Notes under the pieces: generated by a model
What the model saw: only the letters and a program-made list of their open reading frames with translations
Told to the model about the DNA's origin: nothing
Databases searched by the model: none
Position numbers and translations under genes: made by a program
Part shown: piece after piece, positions 21,567 through 29,143 of the stretch
How positions within the stretch are numbered: position 1 is the first letter of the stretch
Layout of the letters: every line of letters begins with the position of its first letter
NCBI GenBank assembly: GCA_003614675.1
Contig: ML002210.1
Span: 62,001 to 91,143 of the forward strand
Direction: 5' to 3'
DNA from: Dimargaris cristalligena
Taxonomy: Eukaryota
Length of the DNA: 29,143 nt

Positions 21567-24313
21567 TTATTGGACAATCACTATCCAAGGAAGCTGGTAG
21601 GCTACTGGTGGGTCCACATATTGGCTATACTGTTGAAATATGCTGCACACTCGGTCACACCAATGCTGGACCCTATCCAGAGTTAGGGTCGACGGTTGCA
21701 TATAGGTCGAGTTGGGGTCATCCAGCTGGGAGTGGGGCTGGAACACCTGATCAGTGGTGAGCTGTAAATCGCGTAGCATCAACTCGATATCGGCAATACA
21801 GTCTACCATTGGGATGAATGGGGTGGTCCAATTAGAAGTTCACTGGCGTCAGTATAAATGAATCACCCATATCGAGCGAAACTAAAATTGCTCAATGGAT
21901 ATATGTACAAGTGAGAGACAAACAATGAATTGGGTAATTTAAATAGCGCCTACCATGCGTATCGGAAGTATCCTCTCGACGGGCGCATAGTCTTCTCATC
22001 AGTGTCAGGAATATAGGAACGGTGGCCAAAGCATTCGAGCATTTGACGCTAAGACGAATGGGGCTATTGCCCTCATCGCCAGCTGACAAAACCGAGTATA
22101 GTTCAAGTAGGGGTCAATTAGTTGAGAGAGGATGCACTGAAGTATGGCCATTGAAGGGAACCGAGGCATCAACCCTATAGCTACAGAAATCCGGGCTAGG
22201 TTAAATAGACTGAGTCATATAGGTATAGTCAGACCGAATAAAATGTTTTAACCCACTTACTTGATTTGAGAGAAATTACCACTGGGTCGCGGATGGCTGG
22301 TAGATTAAATACGGCCAAGTTATTACGAACGATTATTTGGCCAAGGTCGGTACTAAGTAGTGGTAGCAATTGGTTTTGTATCAGCCAAATGAAATGACCA
22401 TCGTATAGTTAAGTCCATTAGTGGTATTTAAAATAATGTCATCCATAGCATGAAAAAATATAACCGACCTATAGGTTCCATTCATAGTCGTCAAAAATAA
22501 CTTCGGTATTGGTTGGAAGAGGTCCCAGGAGCTACAACACAAACATGTAATAGTGGCCGCGACTTACACGGACCATTCACTGCGCAAGAGAACACCTAGA
22601 AATGAGTAATATAATGTCTTGGGATTGGAGTGGGTCCTGCTTTGAACCACAAGTTCAATATCAACCCAGTTGGGGAGGCGATCCTGTAGCGAAAGAGCAC
22701 AGTTGCCTATTGGCGTCTGGACATCCGGCACCTCGATGTAAAATATAGAGCATACTGGTCTAAAGAGTTAGGGAGATATTACATAGTAGTCTGGAAAAGG
22801 GGATATGTACCTCGGATATGCACTAATTCAATCGAAATATGCCTTAGAATAGAATTACCTCTGAGCTAGCTAAAATGTCTTCATAAATTGTCAAGAACGT
22901 TGCGGATGATGGGCTCCTAGGGGCCAGGCTAATAAAAGATTCGGCGGACGGTCCCAAGGTGGGTGCCATAAAATCCAAGGGATCCATTGTAAACTGGTCA
23001 ATTGGGAAAACCAGGTCTATTCCACAGCCAGCTCAACCATTGAAAAATCAGAGGATACATACTATCAGTTAGCTTGCCTATATTTGCAAAGAGGGGAGTT
23101 TGAATTATTCCATCGCCGTAATAAGAGGTGAAAAATCCAAGAAAATGGATATATCATGTCATTTAAGTCGTGCCAATCACTAATTAAGACCCAAAAGAAG
23201 CTGCTGAGCCGGGTTCCGAGGGAGTTCTTATTGCTTACCTTGAAAGAGATTGGGGCAAAGGGGTGAATGTGGCCGGTAGATAAGGCTGATGTAAAACCAT
23301 TGCGGGAGTACAAGTAAGGCAGGCTCGGGCTGGAAATAAAATAACCTATTTAAGTCCAAACAATTCATACCAAATGGAGAAAGCAGTCTGAGTTTAGGCG
23401 GGAATAAGCAGTATTTAAATGATGACAGCAGTGAAAAGGATAAATCATGTTTTAATCATTAGTACATATACCTACCTGGTTGTCCCTTCAATCAAATGCT
23501 CAGGTAGTGAATAATCTTGTATTTGGGGTAACCTGAAACTGGAATGGTCGGGTGACAATGTGGTCAATGCCCCAGCTGCTTGAATCCGGACTGACATTAG
23601 AGCAAAGGGTGTACAATGGCGTGTTGTATACTATACCATACTGAGATTAATCAACGTACTTAATCTGATATTGCCATGGCACTATTGGGACTGTTACAGT
23701 GGAGGTTTCCACATCGTCAATTCTGGGCAATTACTAATAACAAAAGCATGCGCTTGGGTGAATGGATCATGGATTATAGACCAAACCGAATACCACCCCC
23801 CAGCTCTTTTGAGAGTTTCCCGTATATGGTATACTTACGAAGCCATGAAGTCAATCGAAATGAGCAATGTGCGGTTAGTTCGAATTGGATATCGACTGGG
23901 GGTTCAGGTGCGCATTTATTTGTACTATCTTGGCCAGTCGGGGTTTTAAGGCTAGCCCGCACGCTGATCAGAGAAGAGTGGGAGGTTCGACTTCGTTCCA
24001 ATTGAGCAAACGTGGCGTGGCAATCAGCAGTACTTTTTAAGAATGCATCAAGCTTCTAAAGACATACTCCCCAACAGGCCAATATAAAAAAATACAATAA
24101 TAGGTTGCTGGTTAGACGAAAAAAGAGCATTGAAAGTAGGGAAGGGTAAGTGGGTCCAAATAGCCGACACTGTTCAGGAGTGGGCCTCATAAGCTCGGTT
24201 GTTTCTCTTGGTAAAGCAATGGTTACCTTTTGCTGTGTGCTAATTTGTGAGCGCCTCCGGTTAACGTCGGCCAGGGCCTGGAACTTCTGAACAATGTTTC
24301 CTGAGGTCGCCAT
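21567..24313 (-). CDS. Uncharacterised 9-exon gene, about 389 aa, tentatively FAAP100-like (C-terminal half only)
   Basis: Exons (minus strand) 24313-24227, 24055-23839, 23590-23476, 23329-23239, 22869-22859 (11 nt), 22759-22568, 22352-22261, 22082-21954, 21802-21567; GT-AG introns, 1170 nt open frame. N-terminal amphipathic helix/coiled coil, then a beta-rich region (FELTAHCSFRLTSWLLRIQ), IRLSVKCSNALATVPIFLTLMRRL and a helical tail. That a gene exists is well supported; the central exons and the family call are less certain. Confidence 0.65.
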
Positions 24314-24725
24314 GTTGGCGTAAGCGGTCCAGGTTGCCGGGGATATGAAAAATTAATAAAGGGAATTACGACAAGCGGTAAATGTGAGAATGTGGCGTAG
24401 AGTGCTGGACTTCGCAAACTCCCAAATGTAGAAGGTAGTGAAATAGTGGCGTAGAAGAACCGAGTATTGCCCAGTCATCATTTTGGAAGCCCCAGTGCCC
24501 AAATACCTGTGGGGCCCAGTGGATTCAGGCTTCGTTTCTGACAACCTTTGGTCCTTTTTCGATACGCCATTGTTCTTTGTGTTTACTATTTAGCCTTAAA
24601 CTATTTCCCCGCATTATCCGCAGCCCACCGGTTTCTTATCTTACGTAACTCACACATTGGCAACTAACCGTGTTTATTCACTTCACCCTTTTGTTTCCGG
24701 CAAGTTCACTGGCGGCTTTAGCACT
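24314..24725. promoter_or_regulatory. Putative bidirectional promoter (FAAP100-like gene / Prp24)
   Basis: Head-to-head start codons 412 bp apart. Confidence 0.5.
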
Positions 24726-27700
24726 ATGGGCGACTCGGGAAACAGTAGCGATAGCGACTTCTCGCTGATTGACGACGATGGCCCTCTGCCTACCCACATG
24801 GAGGAGGATCCTCTGTCGGACAACTCAGTCGAATCCGCCGAACCGACCACCCAGACCATGCAGCCAGTCTCCTCGACTCCCCTGGCCTCGTCGGTGCCTG
24901 ACTTGACAATGCCGTTTCCCCCAGAGTTGATTCAGCTGAACTCTGCGCTGGATGCCAACCCTTATCAGTACCAATTACACGTGGACCGTATACAGTTGCT
25001 TGAACAGCTAGGATTAACGGACCAACTCGAAGTCGCCTTTCAAAGCATGCACAATGTTCTTGGCATGAGCGAAGGTAGGTGTACTTTAACGCCTAATAAA
25101 GCGGACGGTTTTTATATGATGACTTGTCTTTGGAATAGTTTATGGGCATTCCTCTTCCACCTCCCAATCCGAACCCATGGATATCTGTACATTCAAAATA
25201 TCGGATAAACAGTAGTATATAGGTCATTAACCCCCTCGTTTTATAATCTGACAACCTACTATTTTCGTATTCGATAGACCTATGGAACCGGTGGATCAAT
25301 CACCGCCTCGTCGATTACCAGGCCAACTGGAATCCGCAGCACATCCTGGACCTCTACTGGGCTGCTGTGACGGACTACCTATCCATTCCACTGTGGATAG
25401 ATTTCGTGCAGTTTGCCGTCCAGGCCCACCGGGACAGGATACTTCCAGGAACCAAACTCCAGGCTATACTGAGTGCAGCGGTCCGCCACACCCGCTGCCA
25501 TTACACCCAAGGCTACGCTGTGTTTAATGCCGTTCGTGAATCCCACACAGCCGCCTTAAAAACCGCGACTGGAGAAGTTCAGCAGGCCGCCGTATTACAG
25601 ATTCTCAACGAACTCTATCTACAGTACGTGGCCACGCCTAGCTCCAATCTGGACACAATCTTTGCCGACTATTCCACCTTCGTGACTAGTCACTTTCAAG
25701 GTGAATCCTATGAGTCCATGATGGTTTCCGCGAATAAGCCATTCGCCAATGCTAAAACCCGCTGCCGCCGCCGTGAACCTTTTGAGGCCCAAATTTCCCA
25801 GGGACCCGCTGATCCACTGGTCTACCGTCGGTATATTTTTGCCCTACGGAAGGACTCCTCGCCCGACGTGGTCAACGAAATTGCAACCCTTTACGAACGA
25901 AATCTGGTTACCCATTTCTCCTCTCCTGATTTATGGCAGAGCTATATTAACCACGCGGCCACGACAGGCGATTCAGCCGCTTTAGTACAGCTCTGCGCCC
26001 GGGCCATTCGCAACTGCCCTTGGTCCGGCTCCCTGTGGGCCAGCTACCTTCGGGCATTAGAAGCAAGTAAGGCCGATGAGGCTCGTGTCGCCACGGTATT
26101 CAACCAGTCCCTGGCTTACCATCGAATTGCGCCTAACATCGACGAGCTCGTGGTTATTTTACAAGAGAGATTGGCCGGGGCCTATCGTGCCTACCAGCAG
26201 GTCCCTCCTCTAGATAAGCAGGCCTCTCTTCGAGCTATATACTCGGATGGTCAAAAAGTACTTAATGACTTTTGCCAAAGCTTTGACCCCTACGCCCGGC
26301 TCGACCGAGCTATGGCGCATATTGAGCTAGAGGTTTTCCATCACCCTGAAGGGGGCTTCAGGATTTGGCAAAGTGTTGTTGACCGCTGCCCTACGTCGGC
26401 GTCATTGTGGTTAAGCTACCTCGAGGCGTCCGCCCGGCACGACTCCCACGAAACCACGCGAAAACGGTATCAGCAGGCCCTACTTCAGACTCTGGATTGG
26501 CCAGAACAAGTGTTCGATTCCCTGCTTGAGTTTGAACGGCTTCATGGAACTCTGAGTTCCTACCAAAATGCGTTGGATCGAGTATGTCAGCTACGGGTCG
26601 CCAACCAGATGCGGGCCCAGAAGGTGGTCGAACAGACCCACCAGGTACAGGTCTCACAGGAGTCCCGTCAGGAGCGCAAGCGGCAAAAAGACCGGGACAA
26701 TAAAAAGAAACGACGAGAACGGGCCCGACAGATCCGGTTGGACGAAGGAACGGGGACCAAGCGAAAGTATCCACCTGATTCCCTTAGTGATGCGGCGGAT
26801 AGTGATGATAGTAGTGATGACGAAGGAGCCGACGGACCCAAACATGCCCCAGGTGCCAACCCAGCAGATGATTTGACAACCGTCACTTCGGAGGGCCCCC
26901 TCGGCTCGCCCCCGTCGGCCAAGAAACGGCGCGAAGTATGTCATGGGCAATCCACCCTGCCCTCCAAAGATCCTGCTGAATCGCTACCCCCAGGAGCTAC
27001 CCCTATGAAAGATATACTAGCCCATGCCCACGAATCCCGTATTGTACTGGTAGGTAACCTAAGTCCCGCACTTCGAGAATCCGATATTAGAGACTGGCTG
27101 AAGGACTGCGGCCCCATTAAGCACGTCAATCTGGTCCGTGACCTGGAAGGTACTCTCAAGGGATACGGGTATGTGGAATTTATTGCCGCCGATGCCGCCC
27201 AGCAGTCCGTGGACACCAAGCAAAACCAATCTCTAGATGGACGGCCAATTACGATACGGCTCGATGCGGCCCATGACCGGGACAATAATACTGTCTATGT
27301 ATGCAATTTCCCGGCCAATATGACCCAAGACGAACTCCAAACCCTCTTTGCCCCGGCCGGAGACATCAAGCAAGTTCGCATTCCGGCCACCCGACCTGGA
27401 AAGGCCCGCTGCTTTGCGTACATCGAGTACATGACCCCCCAGGAGGCCCAGCGGGCCGTGGAGATGCTCAACGGTCGTCAATTGGAGATGGTCAACCGTA
27501 CCCTCTCGGTGGCGATCTCCGATCCCCAGCGACGCAATCGCCCTGAACGGCCGGTGGTGCCGAAGCGGCACGATCCCCGGGTTCTCTTTGTCGGTAATGT
27601 TGCACCAGCCGCTACGTCAGATGAATTGCGGCAGCTCTTCGAGCCGTACGGCACCCTCCGGGATGTGCGACTCCCCGTCGGCTACCAGGGCGACCAGTTT

Positions 27701-28825
27701 AAGGGCTATTGTTTTGTTGAATTCGAAAAGGCCACCGCCGCCCAACAGGCGATACAGGCTGTGGACCAGTACCAGTTCCACGGACTTCCGTTGTCGGTTG
27801 GAGTCGCTGACCCCGAACACACGGGGAATGGGTCGCTGGTCGGTCAACCGAAACCGGCGGTACCCCAACCCACGGAGGCGCCCACTGACCGGATAGTTGA
27901 TTCGCCTACTGTCCGGATGACGAACTTTGCCAAACCGATTGTTATTGGTGATATACGCGATCTATTTAGTCAGGTAAGCTGTGCCCCGGTTTTTATGAGC
28001 CTTTCATCATCCACTTAGAATAAGCAAACCCTAAATACCCTTCCTACTGATCTGTGCACACACCCAGAAATACATGATACCCCCCTTCCATTGGATCGAT
28101 TTTATTTTGCTACTATGTGACCCTAAATTTCTAATCGACTGGTAATAAGATAATGGAATGTCTACTATATTCGGCAATACTACTCCGGATGCACCACCCC
28201 CAACAGTTTGGCGAAGTGAAACGAGTCCATGTCAACAAGGGAGGTAGCAAGGTGTTCATCGACTTTCAGACCGTCGAGGAGGCCAGCAAGGCCATTGCCC
28301 AGTTGAACGACACATTCGTTAAAGGACGCCGGGTTAAGGTTCATCCAACAGCTCCGCCCCATCCCAATCCCGAACCATCCAAGCCCAAGACCATGAATCC
28401 ATCTGGGCCAGCGATCCCGGCCAGCTCTGCAGTAACCCCTTTCACCGCCCCCAGGTTTGTTTTTCACTCGATTATGACTATACTGAGATGAACCCCCCGT
28501 GTGCAATGCGCCCCCAATTGCCCTAAGTGGTGATTGGGATAACATCCCCACATCGCGTATGCCTCAATGCGTGTCTAAACCTAACTGCTATATACCTCTT
28601 TACTCGACCCCTCATTGAAACACATTTTGTAATATTATCCGTATGAATCCACGCCACAGATCGCTTCGCCGCCCTGCCCGAAGATTAAACACCCAAGGGT
28701 TGCACGCTGGTACAACTGACCCACCCGCCCCGGCCCCGTTGTCGGTATCGTCAAATCCACCACCCAATGTTTCTAAGACGAATGAAGAGTTCCGTAAGCT
28801 TTTTCTAACGACAAAAAGGAATTAG
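24726..28825 (+). CDS. PRP24: U4/U6 snRNP recycling factor Prp24/SART3 (HAT repeats, 4 RRMs, LSm-interaction motif), 4 exons, about 1152 aa
   Basis: Exons 24726-25074, 25278-27973, 28207-28454, 28660-28825 (3459 nt). HAT motifs DYLSIPLW, RAIRNCPWSGSLW..Y, LDWPEQVF..LLEFERLHG; basic NLS-like tract; RNP1 motifs KGYGYVEF, RCFAYIEY, KGYCFVEF, KVFIDF; C-terminal KTNEEFRKLFL. Confidence 0.94.
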
Positions 28826-29143
28826 CTGACACAATATGGGAAATGTTCTGCCAAAGCGTATACAGTTTCGGGCTGAGTGTCAACTGGGAAATTGGTTGGT
28901 TATTTGTTAACTCTGTAAAATCTAGCCCAGCTAATTGGGTGCCCATTATATCACTATAATGAGGATATCCTTTTTAGAACTATCGCAGTATATACTAATA
29001 CCACGGACTCCCAATATAAACTATGGTAATGACACGAATAAAAGAAAAATATCAATTGTCGCCCCTCCTAATCCGTCCTAATCCAACCGATATGACCGCC
29101 GTCATATCAGGCCGTATAGCGCCATAGTGTACCCCCTGGCCCT

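Noticed and set aside
22859-22993. Longer open exon FTMDPLDF...LTIYEDILASSE as an alternative to the 11-nt microexon
   Set aside because: It ends in phase 0, and both nearby downstream acceptors read in phase 0 hit stop codons.
28965-28975. ATATCCTTTT matching the U12 AT-AC donor consensus
   Set aside because: It lies downstream of the Prp24 stop with no coding context and no matching branch site or acceptor identified.
1-29143. CRISPR arrays, transposons, prokaryotic operons or defence systems, selenoprotein genes
   Set aside because: Eukaryotic spliced genes throughout; no repeat-spacer pattern, no transposase/RT/integrase motifs, and no in-frame TGA in the assembled gene models.

Overview
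This is eukaryotic, fungal genomic DNA with GT-AG introns of mostly 100-500 nt and CTAAC/CTRAY-like branch sites. Protein style and intron size suggest an early-diverging, non-Dikarya fungus, possibly Zoopagomycota; that assignment is inference only. Hand-splicing gives ten protein-coding genes, and every multi-exon model is phase-consistent. In order: Tlg2/syntaxin-16 (8 exons), a Chs7-family chitin synthase export chaperone (3 coding exons), BolA2/Fra2, an orphan secreted Ser/Thr-rich protein with a 4-Cys C-terminal domain, a signal peptide + TM + RING-H2 E3 ligase, Ctk3, a 14-exon Sid1/GCK-III-like Ste20-family kinase (minus strand), Trm6/Gcd10, a 9-exon minus-strand gene of about 389 aa that the ORF track only fragments, and Prp24/SART3. 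The most interesting item is that 9-exon gene. It resembles the C-terminal half (coiled coil, beta-sandwich, platform, helical tail) of the Fanconi anemia core-complex subunit FAAP100 but has no room for the N-terminal beta-propeller. No rRNA, tRNA, CRISPR array or transposon could be supported.
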